Below, piece after piece: positions 11,901-25,700 of a stretch of DNA of 64,000 nt (its first letter is position 1; each line of letters starts with the position of its first letter). Where the stretch lies: assembly GCA_030141605.1 (NCBI GenBank), contig JAQGDQ010000904.1:1-64000 (forward strand), in the 5' to 3' direction. The stretch is from Tubiluchus corallicola (Eukaryota; Animalia; Priapulida). The notes under the pieces are model-generated. The model saw only the letters and a program-made list of their open reading frames with translations, searched no databases and was not told the origin of the DNA. The translations under genes were made by a program, and so were the position numbers.

Positions 11901-13113
11901 AGTGATATGCTTGACAGTGAGTCAGGTTCATGTCAGGCCACAAACATCTCGAGAGGCCACCCCTTTGAGTGCTTTCTGGTGTGTAGCGTGCCGAAGCGTA
12001 TATAAAAAGCCCCTTTCCATACAATAAGTTCTACCACTGGTTTGACAAGGGTAATGTCCAAGCTTTCGAGATAAGCTATTAGCGTAAAAACAAACAATAG
12101 CTGTTGTAAGGTAACTTTGTTAATTATAATGACTTTAATAACCCGCAATCTCGTTGAAAATTTGTACGAAGTACTAGTAATTTTTTGTAGTACTAGTTAT
12201 TTATTTATTTAGAAATACAGTTATACAATCTATGGAAACAATGAAAAAATATACATTTCATATTAATGATTATGATATGACAGCATGCATATGGCGTTGA
12301 TGGCAAGAACCAGAAGTAAAAACATGATAGGTGCTTGCGCCACTGTAAGTATGCCCTAATAATAATTGAAGGGAAATTTTTAGGCAGTTTAAAAGAAAAA
12401 AGTTGTGCAAAACAAGGAAAGGAGCGACGGATAAAAGAATGTTGGAAGAGTGGCAGGTGAACAATCAGCTTAATGAGATCAGAAGGCGCTCTAATTTCTA
12501 CTCAAAAAAAGAACGAAAGAGTGCAAAGTGATTAGTCTAACACTTTGACTGTTATGCCCTTGAACAAAAAAGAATTTTTGTTAATTCTAGCGCATAAATA
12601 TGACTATTGATGGGGTCGGCCAGAAAAAAACTCCTCCCAAACTCGTAGCCCTCCATTCTGGCATAAGCTATTGTAAAAGAGACCAGCATTGACAAATAAC
12701 CCGGTTTCTCCACTCCCGAATGTCCAAGAGCTATCAATCCCAAAGAAGGCCCTTGCGCCGCTAAGACATTTCTTCTACTCACTGTTCCTCTGGGAACGAC
12801 GAGTGGAAACTTTGTGAAATGGCCATTTTCGCTCATTGCTGGAACACACTCTAGAAAAATCATTGTAGAGGAGGTGAAGGTTTTGAAGAGACGTTTATAG
12901 CTCTTTGAAAAGAGGACAAACTGTGCTGTATGGTGATGTGGATCCCTTACAAATGTCTGTACAAATTAGTTTTGGGAAAGTTTTTTCTGTACAGCCCTGT
13001 ACATAATTTAGAATATGTCTTTTTTAAATTACATATCGACCTCTGCTATAGATAATAAGATGTAGACAACATCCTAAAATTTTTGTCTGCAAAGAACCTT
13101 GTTTTTTTGGAAA

Positions 13114-13262
13114 GAGTTTACAATTCCCAACACAATTTAAGTAGCCTAACCCTAACCCTTAGTGTAGCCTTAGCCTTAACTCTACTCAACCCTAACCCTA
13201 ACTCAAATCCTAACTCTGACCCTATTTCTAACCCTAATCCTATTCAGGCACAAATCCTAATA
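13114..13262. repeat. Partial copy of a small element carrying telomere-like (TAACCC) units
   Basis: gagtttacaattcccaacacaatttaa followed by degenerate TAACCC units; same end sequence as the element at 19034-19164 in opposite orientation. Confidence 0.65.
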
Positions 13263-14849
13263 CTAATAACTAATTTTCTATATGCCAGCATTTTGCAACA
13301 CGAGCTCTTATTATTAGAATATTAATGCAAGTGGAATCATTAAGAGCAAACATGACCTAATCTTATATCAAACACACGTATTTGAGTATCCTGTTTGAGA
13401 TACAAAAAATGTTGCCCAGTAACCAAAGCTATCCAACCTAGCAGCAGGCAAAGATAAAAAAATCTTGAAGTCTACGTATACGTTATTTTTTTAACCTTAC
13501 ACCTTGCTAACCTCATATCCAAAACAAACAGTCCTGGGTTCAATTTAGCATGTTGGCCGCACTCCAGATGACAAAAGACCCACAGTTTTACCTTAATTCT
13601 ATGGGTGAAATTAAAAAATATTCTGTATGAGTTCGCCCCTTTGCAGTGTGAATGCATGCGCAGGTCTCTTACAAATGTCTTTAGCAGGGTAAAGGGCAAT
13701 GCTGATCTCGAACTGGATATAAGCCAAAGTAAACTGGAAAATACTGGTTCACTAAGTATTTTTGTAATCAGAATTTAATTATCTATACATGCATGAACTT
13801 GAATGAATGACAGCAATCCTATTCCATTAGTTTTGTTTTTTATCGGCGAGGCCAAGCGTCGCGGATCTGGGAGAACCCGTCCGCTGTTGTTCGTTTTCAT
13901 TATGTTAGGCATACTGTTTTCACTTTTAAATTACGTTAAATCATAAACCCAATCAGTCAACGCCGTGAAACTTGCAGGCTAGATATCTAGGGTAAAGACC
14001 CTGAAAACGGTGCCGTGAATGGCGACCTCGGTCAAAAGGTCAAGACCTCTGGACATTGGCTAGTTTCTTGATTCAATTCATCCGAGGGCTTTGAGTGAAT
14101 TTCGACTTTTTTTCATAATTAATTACGTGGAGTAGACGTGTGCTTAGACGTTTAAAAGGTGTGGATTCTTTAAAGGCGCAAGATAGGAGCCAAAATGCGT
14201 TAGAAAGTTTCAGCAACTTAAGTGCAAGATGAGCAACTCGGGCAGTAATTAAAAACTGGTAATTAAAAAGAGTTCTAAAGTTATGATTATTTTAGACTAC
14301 AAGAAAATTCTGAACAAATGCTTCTAAAAAGTTCTAGGGCCACTTCCTTTCTAAACGTAGGCAACACAGCAGTCTGATCAGTTTGATGTCATGAATCTAA
14401 AAAAGAATGTTGCCAGCTTGAAAAGCTGGCTGAAAAGGGTCAGAAAAGCCAAAAATAAGATGGCCGCCAAGTTTCTGCACAAATTATATAAATAAGGAGA
14501 AATTTCCAGAAAATTAAATTATAAGAAGCGATTATGACATGCTTTCCAGAGTAGTCGCACCTAAGCAATCCATTTTTGTTACTTTCATTTTAAAGATTTA
14601 TTAAACATGTAAAAGTAAAAAACAATCTATTTTATCAAGTTGACCTTACTGAGTCTAAAAAAATGCTAGATCGCATTATGGATGCAAAAATATTGAAAGT
14701 CTAATCAACATAGAAAAAAACGGCCGCTGAACACCGATATGTAGTCCAGCCGTATGGTGAAAAAATTGTTCAGTTCGCCTAAATGTTACAAAAATTTTGC
14801 ACAATGCTAGGACACATGCAGGTATAACTTTCGACTTTGCGTCAACCGA

Positions 14850-15116
14850 CTTTGGCCGCCATATTCAAGATGACTAATAAGATGGGTGTTGTTGCATATA
14901 AAGGTCATATCTTAACTGTTGGAACAGATAAGATGATGATAAATTTTCAGGGTTAAGGAACCGAGTGATGTCTCAAAAATACTAAGATGGTTTCTAAGAT
15001 GGTTGTAGTCGCTTATGTAATTATATTAGGCATAGTGCACGTACTACTGGAGATAAGACAATGATTTTTGAATCTAGATGTAGGTTTTAAGGGTTTTAAA
15101 GATCGAGGATTTAGGG

Positions 15117-15170
<54 letters not shown>

Positions 15171-16000
15171 CATTGAACCGTTACAATATGAACAATATCA
15201 TGTATGCACATCGCACATTCAATGTAGGGCCTGATAAAGAGACATGCAAAACAGTTCAGGCCTGAATTCATAGATCCTAGTACGTTCTATCACATTCACC
15301 ACACTATATTTGCACAGAGCTGTGCAGACAAAACTTGTTTGGACATCATTACATTTGCCATTTCACATTGCTAGCAGCAACATTTTGTAAGTTGCTAATA
15401 TGCTTCAGGTGTTGCTAGTTCCCATGTCACGCCAGTAGACCGCTTACAGCCCAAGTTAAATGGCAATGGTAAACCTTGGTCAGTGATAAATCTTGGGGTC
15501 AACAGCGTCCTTCTTACCGCACGTCTGATGTGCTTATTGCCTCCATTGACCTTCCTTTTCTTGTGAACAAGCTTTTTCATACAAGAGTACAAGAAAACGT
15601 TCAAATACAGGCATGTATTCAGGCTGCAGCAGTGCTTCTTAGAAGTACAAATGCTTCTCTTACCCTAGAAACACTCGCCATGTGGGCCACCATTTCGGCT
15701 TCTTGAAAATGGGGGCCCATTAGATAATATCCTAAATCCTTGACCTTCAAAGCTTATATATATATATGTAGATATTAAAATCACTGTCCTATTTGCCTTA
15801 GAACGTGCAATATAGCGAATATATTACACAGCCAACTGCAAGCATTTCGGCAGCCATCTTGAAACGCTAACTAAGGTGCCGTCATAGCACCAGATATAGA
15901 TTCACTGAAATTCGAAAACCTATATTTAGAGATCAAAATCCTCATCTTGCCTGTTCTGATAGCTAAAATAATGGCTTTAAAGAACAAGCAACAGTCATCT
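14850..16000 (-). mobile_element. Academ-like DNA transposon relic
   Basis: Minus-strand fragments FERFLVLLYEK (15605-15573), then KVN, PEAY*QLTKCCC, GKC...VCTALCK (to ~15310) resemble, from memory, the Cys-rich C-terminus of Academ transposases; flanks carry inverted motifs (aagatgg../..gccatcttg; atctagatgtaggtttt / aaaacctatatttaga). Interrupted by (ATT)n at 15119-15168. Boundaries approximate. Confidence 0.5.
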
Positions 16001-16129
16001 TGTCGATCACACTGTGGTCTTGATGGGTTCCTCATATTCCTTGTATCCAAAATTACCTTTCCTTTGGATGTAAATATATCCTTTCTGACTGACGTAAACA
16101 GCTAGAATCAGAATGGCGAATGAACCGTC

Positions 16130-16205
16130 CACTGCGAGTACTGAACCAGACGGTCACTCATCCATTTACCGACAAGTCTCATGGTTGCTTAACTGCGATC
16201 ACATA
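16130..16205 (-). mobile_element. 5S rRNA-derived segment (SINE3 head or 5S pseudogene fragment)
   Basis: Reverse complement tgatcgcagttaagcaaccatgagacttgtcggtaaatggatgagtgaccgtctgg aligns to the 5S internal control region (A box AGTTAAGC ... C box TGGATGGGTGACC-GCCTGG); 5' part of 5S missing. Confidence 0.65.
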
Positions 16206-18079
16206 GTAAACAGTGCAAGCGCTCCGCTTTTCGCCTACACAGATATTTGACACTATTATCCGAAACTTGCATAAGAAAAACTGGCCTAATATTTTAAATG
16301 TTTTGGCTATCGTATATCAGTTCGTTTGCCAATTTTACCCTCAATATAGGTCATCAAATAAATTTGAGACGAATCAACAACTACATGAATATAAGTAACA
16401 GGCTGCTTTTAGTTCGAAAATTACTCAATATTTTTGACAAATTAAGACAAAGCATAATTAAAATAAACGTAGACTCTATTGAGTCGATAAGTTTTTTTGT
16501 ATTCAAGAATGCGTTGAAACCTCAGCTAAAAAATTGTAAGTCAGTCGTTGTCACTCGTTGACTTTTTTCTGTGTTTTATTTCTTTAACATTTTAATTATT
16601 GTAACATTGTAAAGAATCTTAATGTAGATCCACACAATGATGGCGTTCGTTTCTCCCTGCTGCAAAGTAAAAAAATAAACTTACCTATATACAATGTTGA
16701 TTACTTGGTTGCAAACCCTAGAAGGCGGAATCCCAAGCAGACTAAACCTATATACATGCACGCCCACTATCAGATGGTTGCGTTTGATAAGGTAGGCTCG
16801 TCAACGCGTCCAAAGGTTACTGGAGGAAGGCCAATCTAAGATAACTCTGATGACCAAATTACTTTTTAGGGAACTTGTTATATGTTACATACTACTAAAT
16901 GACATAATCCTTGTACGGAATATGGAGTAAAAAACTGAAATCGGAGGGCTCTCCTCCAATGTTTGGAACCAATAAAACATCAAACAGGTCTCCATACGTA
17001 ACAATTACGCCATAATTCTGCAAGACATGCCCCAAAACTGAAATATGCCTAGCAGTTTAATAAACGCTAAGAAAACAAAAAAAATTATTTACTTTTCTTG
17101 ACAAATATTTGTTCGGTATTAACGCATTCTTTAAATTTAATAAAACACTTTGTCGGTGTGGGCATGACTTACTAACGTCAGCATCCTTTATATGCCCGTT
17201 TTTACTACAATAATTGCACCCGTTAATTATAAATGATGAGTTCAACGCGTTTAATTAGCACACAAGTTGTGTCACGCTAGAGAATGCCAAAATTCAAGCA
17301 AGTACTTTTCGTGTAATATTTCTCAAACAACATTACTGACATAATAGCATATCGTGTTACACAATGTTCATGCAGTTTTACTGACAGCAACATACTATAT
17401 CGCAAGTTTTTTGGAGTCTTACAGTTTTTCTACGCGTTTCGTTAGTCTCCGGTTACATTTCCAGTGTAAGAGTTTTAAATTGTCCCCAGTTTCAGCACCC
17501 CGCTGGCCAGGAAAAAGAACCTAGGTTTAATATATCCCCAGGGTAATTTGAAACTAGGTATCAGTTACCTACCCCATCTTATGCTCTATATAATGGGAAA
17601 GATCTGCCCTAAGTTACCTGTGTTGTGGTAAAGGTTGCATAGACGCTATAGGCAGAGAAATAATCGTTCTTAAACGTAAAACTAGATCAAGTAATTTATT
17701 GCCAAATATTTTTAAATTCTTTTTTATTGATAACAGAGATATGCCTGGATAATGGACATAAAAGCAGGCAAGCAAATGCTTACGTACCGATGTAAAAGTA
17801 ACACGTTGAAATATTTTACATAATATAATGGTATCGACTTATGTTTGCCAACTCGTTCTTTTTTTAGTTTTCTAGATATTTGTGACTATCGACGTAATTA
17901 AATTTAGCCTCCATTGTTCCTTAAGCAGCTATTGCTGTGGCAGCGGAATCAGGCAGTGATGTTTTTCCGCCAGAAGAGGTCAGATGACCACGTCATAAAA
18001 TTTTTGTGATTGACAGTTCCCCTCAGGGCTATACAATGGATGTGAATCAGCAACAAAACTGCTTTTGCTCAAAAGTAGT

Positions 18080-18240
18080 CTTTATTTTTGCAACTCTGAA
18101 AAGGTTGCTGCAGCCTCCAGATGTCCTGCCATGTGTGAGTACGTCTGCGAAACGTTTCCATTCTCAAGAATACAATGCGACAGCTAAAAAAACGACAGGC
18201 GTCTGTTCAAATTCTGTAACTGTACATTCTCGTAAAAATG
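18080..18240 (+). pseudogene. hAT transposase dimerisation-domain relic
   Basis: FATLKRLLQPPDVLPCVSTSAKRFHS, then in another frame KNTMRQ, resembles the hAT C-terminal consensus F-x-x-L-x-x-LL...VLP-x-SSASAERSFS...R-x-TM. Heavily decayed. Confidence 0.4.
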
Positions 18241-18842
18241 AATATTCACAACAATTTTCTCGTAAAATTGTACTAAACGTGCGCCACGATGAGCAAGAAT
18301 TTCATCTCGGCTTTATGTCCCTCATTCCGTTTGATGAACTATTAGTTACAAAAATGAAATGTTTATGTTCAAACACCTGCCCTATATAGGTCTACACTAA
18401 TGACACACAGAACAGGAGAAAATAATTGAATACGGGCAATAGTAACAGCAAAAGCTCCTCAAAGTGCACTAACTGTTTGACTTATACATATACAGTAAGG
18501 AACAATAGAACATTACAGGCTAACAACCACAATCTACGTTCAAGCTTCGATTTTCGCTGAAAGTGGATGATGGATTTTGGATGTTGTTTACTGGGAATCA
18601 CTTATACAACTTTTTCGTACAACTGAAACTGTGAATGAACATCATTCTGTGTTCTATTAGTGTGAATGACGGACGTGATTTGAACGAAACATGCTACAAC
18701 AGGACTGACCTCACGCCGGTAGAAACATTTTGATACCCATTTCATCAAAAATTATGGACACAATCTACACAATTATGGAACCTTCACGTTACAGACGCAG
18801 TTCGAATACTAAGCAAGAAATCCACCGAATGCTTTCAGATAT

Positions 18843-19698
18843 CTATGGCGTCAAAATTTCTTGAAGTGCTTTTGAAATTGCTAAAGACGACTTGATGCAT
18901 CCGTCGAAATTTGAATGAGTGAAGGCATCGCCTCCAATGATCAGTGGAGGGTCCTTGCATAACACATAACACCCTGGCTCCCCCGGAACTCCTTTGTACA
19001 CCTGAAAGGACAGTATTTTAAGTATTGGTTAATGTTTACAATTCCCTACACACAAGAAGCGGATTAGGGTTACGATTAATGCTAGAGTTGGGATTAGGGT
19101 TAGGGTTAAGGTAGGGTTAGTGTTGGGGTTAGGGTATTTAAATTGTGTTCGGAATTGTCAACTCCTTCGTAAGTATTTTACAGCAAAATAATGCCAAACT
19201 ACGAGTTAGTTAGTCCTGAGCAGTATAGTGACTGGTTTTTGTCAGTAATGCTTGCAGAATCGCTTTAACATATAACAACGTGAGTCGCATAAGTTCACAA
19301 GTGGCTTCACTATCCTAGTTCCGTCTTGTCTTGCGTGGTTTTTTGGATGTTTTAGTAGTTAATTGTGTTCGTTGGCTTTTGCCACATAAAACAGCTCTTG
19401 TTTTCGTCTATTTTCGTTTTCATTAACCCCTAACTCGTCTGCTTTTCATCAGAGACGTCGTGAGTTCGGTACCGTGGCTAAGTCACGTCGAAGATCTCAA
19501 AAACGGTACCTGTTAGCCCTAGCAACGCGTGGCATTTGGAAAAGAAGCGGGGAGAAAAATCTCTGTTATGTAGGTGTAGCTTGTTATTTGCGGTCGGCGA
19601 GAAAAGCTTCATGACAATTTAAATCCTATTTTAAATAACGGTTATTATTATTACATTATTATTGTTATTGTTATCGTCATCATCATCGTCATCGTCAG

Positions 19699-19784
<86 letters not shown>

Positions 19785-22700
19785 CTATCTTTATCTTTAT
19801 CTTTATCTTTATCTTTATCTTTATCTTTATCTTTATCTTTATCTTTATCTTTATCTTTATCTTTATCGTTATCGTTATCGTTATCGTTATCGTTATCGTT
19901 ATCGTTATCGTTATCGTTACCCTTACCCTTACCATTACCATCACGACTACCATCACCATCACCATCACCACTACCATTACCATTATGTTGTTATTAGTTT
20001 TTATTTCAGTTTTCACGTTTTTTGTTTCGTATCTTGTTTTCTTTCTTAGCACGTATTAGGGGTGTTCGGTAACGTTATAAAAAACCGATTTCTCAAAAGA
20101 GGTAATCCATAGTCCAAAATTCAGGCTGGAATGCTATCATATGCTTACTTTAGTCTGTACAGTATTATTAATTATTCATCCCAGATTTAATTACTATTGA
20201 TTTTGAGCTAGCTTTAGTCGGCTTTTATGACATTAAATTAACGTAATTGTAACACAACGGTAAAACTGAGAAATTATACGGAAATTATACAGCACCTAGT
20301 TACGACTTATGAGTTACGAAATTTCCGGTTAATTAATTAAGGCAGAAACTTGAAAACGCGCATTTTAATTGCGTTAGCATTCGGTTACATCGATGAAAAT
20401 GTCTGTTTCCTGCAAATAAATTCTGCAGTTGATATTGGCACAAAATCTAATTCACGTGAGGAAAGCCATGGGTCATCAATAACTAGGAGACTTGCAAATT
20501 TTGACAACATGCGATTAAGTCTACTTTTTAAGACAATTACGAATAAGATCTTCTACCTTGAAGGAAATCCAACAGAAATTTTCTGTCGAGATGACAAATG
20601 GATATTCAAGTCTTGGTTAGATTTAAGACAATTTGCTAACGTTACAGCATATCAATTTGATTTATGTCAATAACTACAGATGTTTGTTTGCAATAGCCCT
20701 GCTTATGCGGGATTAGTTTTCAATAACATTACTTACATGCAACAATGATTATCAGTAATTGTCTTCTTTATTCTCTAGTATCAATACATATACTTGAGTT
20801 GCGTTACCTTTAATGCTATGGGTGTTTGTAAAATTATATTTAACTTCCAACCTCAAAGGTTATATTATTTTTCGAAACAGCTGAATCTCGTTTTAAACCA
20901 TGGGTGAGTTTGCAATGCTTTTAATGCTTATCACTAACTTACTCTAGATTATAATTCTCACATTGCGTGTAAATCCTAATTTTTAGCTGCACACAACTGC
21001 TAGGCAGTTTTACAAATGGGCTTCTTTTCCTCTCGTCCACCATCTTCTTTAGGACGCAAAGTTTCAATTTGCTCAACATTATTTTGCTCAAATGTCCAAG
21101 ATTTTGTTGAGTTCTACCACAGCCTCAGTTTTCATTACAGGTAATTACGTTGTTTTAAATTTATCAATTCAATCGAATATTGTATTAAATCATGCTTATA
21201 TTGTATTACTTTGCATCTGGTATTATTGCATTATTGCCGGGTACTTTGCATATCAGTGTTTTGCACTCCTAGAGTTTTATGGTGTACCTAGGCTGAATTA
21301 AATGAATAATTTATGCTAACTGAGTTTCACAAAGCCTTCACTTCCCTAATGACGTCGTTGTTAATAGTTTAGTGAATGTAACAACGACTTCGTCAGCCTA
21401 GTGAGGGTTTTGTGAAACAGGTATGGGAAAAAATTTCAGTCTTGTTGCGAATTTAAGTCTATTATTACTCCAACCGAACGCTAGTGAATTTCTAGACTTA
21501 AATCGATGTCATCAGCTTAAATTGTGTATACATGGTCACTTTCGGAGGGTTGGGGAGGGTAGGGGCAGTGGAAGAATAGCCAAGCGACGTGCCTCATGTG
21601 CAAAGGGTCGTCAATAAATATCATGGGGCATTTTTTCGTCTACTTCTTCTATATGCTGGATATTTTTTATAAAATTGATGTAAATGGTGCTTTAATAAAC
21701 GCCTAGCAGTGTTATGGAAACCATAACTTACCTGCGAATATTTCCATCTGTGCAATTTAATTGACTTAGGAACTGGCAGGTCTGGCAACAGCTTCTTCAC
21801 ATGCGACAAGATGATATCAGATACTTCATCTTTTAGAGCATCTAAATGATCAAGGCCAAACTTCACGCTAGTATGCACTACCACAGACAATGGACAAGCA
21901 TTATCTGAAAAAAATCAATTGTTTTTCAAAGTAAAATTCTTCTTTATTGATTATTTAGTTTACTATGTATGAATAAAACATAAATTATTAAGTATTAAAT
22001 GGCCTGACAGAATATCCTGTGATGATCCACTGATGTGATCAAGAAGAATCCTTGGAATGAACAAATACAAGTAAGAAGATTGCTTTGGATTGAGCATGCA
22101 ATAAGACACCTCAAGAATCTTCTCTTCCTATAGCATTCAGTAAAACTCTTGAAATGACAAAAAGCCAAGAGGAGGTCAGCTATTGATCTGTGTAGATATA
22201 CTGCAAAAAGATTTAGCAAATACAACTCTAGATTTGAGGGATGATGCATCGAGAGCAGTGGTAGTGGACAGGAATGCGTGGCATCAACAGGTGGGACGTG
22301 CCATGTTTTAGAACGTAGCAGCACATAGATGACGACAAATAAAATAAGCAGAGTTAAAGGCTTATACAAGCCAAACAAACATTAAAGTTTTTTAACGAAT
22401 TATTATGATTACACAAAGAATTCATAGTTATTATTAAACAAAAGAGAGTTACAAATTAACTTACCTTTCTCTGGCGAATTTCGTACGCGTGTATTGCCCT
22501 AAAGGTCAAGAACGACGACGCACGAGGTCAAAGAGCGTCTTTGATTATCAATGTTTGTTTAACGATCTCATGACTGCATTCATTACGTCATTCATCTCGC
22601 GCAACGGAAAATGGCGGTTCTTCAAACTTAATACCGCTAACATCGAAATGATAAAAAATCAAAAGAAACAAGTTTCATAGTAAGTTTACAATAAAATAAA

Positions 22701-25700
22701 TTGAATATTTGTGATGAGACTACGACTTTAAGTTGTAAAAGCTTATATTATAGTGAGGTTTAATTTGACTTTAAGTCAGATTTCAAAAATGGCATGAAGG
22801 TAATTTACCTTGTCGACGTATGTTGTCCATAGATATAAATCTAATACAAGGATCATTGTATATATAAGATGCAGTCCACGGTACAGTGACATTTATCTCT
22901 GAGGAAAAAAATAAAACCAAACAATATCTGCTGGAATATTCGACAGCTTCCAATGTTTCTAACTGGCTTTCAATAATATCTGAAATTAAATGAGAAGAAG
23001 TTTACTTTAAGTTCATTTGATGTTCATTTTATTATAACAGTCATCAACGGAATAACTATTATAATTATGAATTAATAAATATAATAGCATTACTGTAATT
23101 GATCGAAATCAATTATTTTATTTATGCAATCCTCCTAATGGTAGAGACGATTTCATATGATAGGTTTAAGCTGTAATAGCACACGCAGTGCTGCATATTG
23201 TGAAAGAGATACTCCTTTTCGTATTTGCATATGCTTTGCGAAAAAAGTTAAACAACACTGGGCCTAGTTAGTAAGCGGAGGTATGGTCGACTGCAAAGTA
23301 TGGTAAAAGTCAATACGTGATTTAATTCCGTCCAGTTTTAGAACTTGTGGAACTGGCATGGTCAGAATAACAGACTGGAAAGTATCCTCGTGTCCAGACT
23401 TTGTAGTTACTTGCCACACATGACCTGCCTTTACTAAACCCTTTATGTCGTAATCATACATCACCTGAGCGCCTGAAAAATGAATCTTCACATTATTAAA
23501 GGTTTCTCCGTGTCTAAAAGGCCATTTTTACGAAATTATAGCTTTACATACAGTTACTATTAGACTTTCACTGAGTTGAGGACTATGAGTGTTCATGGTA
23601 TGAAATGTAGTCTGAGATATGCATCAAAAAGACTGCCAGGTATAGGTAATTTAAAACGCGGACATTATTAGGTCGGGTATGGTAGATCATCCTCAATTGG
23701 GCCACTGACGACATGTCTTATCGATCGATTTCACTAGAAAGAGAGAAACAGAAACACACTCTATGCTCTTCCTGTTGTTCACGTATGTTGATCGCAGATC
23801 TACTAAATTCTATATTTTGTAAGCTTGCTATATTGCTGATGATGCTACTCTTTCAGTCTCTTTGTACAGCACTTACAACAATACCCGATTTGAAGTGTTT
23901 TGTAATCTTGCGCAGTAATCTATTTCATTTATATTGTACTGCAGGGCTGTGATGAGATGAAGTGTAATACTGGCATGGGATACAGTAGACTTCTCAGGTG
24001 TGCGTGTGAACGTGGCTTTATCTAGCACATAGACTCCTATTCTGACCTTGTGTTAGTAAAGGCCACTTGTCACGTGCACACCTGAGCTTATAAAAAGGGT
24101 AGGTCTGCTGTAGTTCCTTGTCAGTGGTCGTGTCTTTCATCGCAGTTCTGTTCACATTTCACAGGCTTTGTCGCAAACTCCGTTCTTTTAGGTAAGCTAT
24201 TTGTAATATTTTGTAATAAATTGTCATTTCGACTCTATTATTCGGGTTTTGTTTTGGTTTGGCGTTGAGTGACTTAATTGAGACATGCCGCACGGTGCAG
24301 GCCGCGGTGCCATCCGTCCTGCCTCCGTTAAAAACGGACAGCAGTCCAATATCATTTATTCGTACTCTTATACGGAACAATAAATATAAAAAACTCTTGA
24401 ACCACATGAACAGACTTTAACCGCCAGTAATGCAATCCGAAAATAATGGCAAAATTCTGTATCCTTGCAAAAGCTCGGATTTAGCAAATAGTCTGCCGGC
24501 ATGCAAATAAGCATTGAAATCACGTTTTCTTATTCAAACCAACAAATAACCATCAGAGTTTTCTATTTTTACAGAAACGGAATGGAGAAGAGTTGCAACA
24601 GAAAACAAATGAAAAAATATTAGCAAATCAAATTTTCGTATTCTTATTTTATTTTAACTTAATTTTCTGCTTGATTGCTTTGTGTCACATCAAGTTTATT
24701 TTTGCAACGACTAGACATTTTGTGGTTGCACGAGAATCAAAGAACCAGTGAAACGAACAAGAATTATCGTAGAGCAATCGGTACATAATATAATAAATAT
24801 ATACGTGATATAATAAATATAAACTAAAATCGTGAACAAGGACATGCTACATAATTACATAGGTAAATCATCATTTAGAGACAGCTGCAGACAGTGAAAA
24901 AAGAGAAAAATTATCAATTCATTCAGCAAACAGAATTAAAATGCAACTTAACAAGCAGAAAAGGCACTATTAGAAAGTTCGTGCTTTGTTGATTATTGGT
25001 GGGGTGGCTTTAGTAATTGAGCGCCTAGTAGTTGGCGAACAACATATTAATTTGAAGAATGAAAGTCATTGAAAGAGCTGTGATATCCAAGTCATGACTT
25101 TTTAGATGACATATCAACTTTGAATGTCGTCAAAAATAACAGGAAGTCTAAATAAAAAATAGTTGTGCATAAATTGGTACACAAAAATTGTAAATAATTC
25201 ATATGCACCTCACACAAAATGTACTTAACTGAAAAACGCATGTCCAGAAGATAAATTTAGTCAAGAATTTCTATAAGGTGTCCAACCTCCATATATGCCG
25301 GCACTGTAGAATGATTATTTTGTACAGTACAAATTAACAAATTACACTCAAAAAATGATAAGTAATTACGTAGTGAAAGATATGATAACTGCTGTTAGTG
25401 CCTCAGTTCTCTAAGTTTATTAGTCTCATAATCAAACGATGAAATCAGATGCGAATCTATCACAGTTTAACTTTAATTTTTTTGTGATGCTATATTAGCA
25501 GAAATGCTTATGGTACCAGAAAAAAGTATTAGTAATCTAGACTGTGTATATCTGCAACGAACTCTGTAATCAAGCAAGCAACTCTACGTTGGAATTCTCC
25601 ACCATTACACGTTAAACAAATCAGGTCCCTATCAGCATTTAAAACAAAATTAAAATCATTAATATTAAACAAATATGGAATACCATCACACTAGCACGAC

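Noticed and set aside
11933-12930. Minus-strand ORFs as host exons or retroelement ORF
   Set aside because: Only faint resemblance to RT or zinc-finger LINE fragments; no motif strong enough to call.
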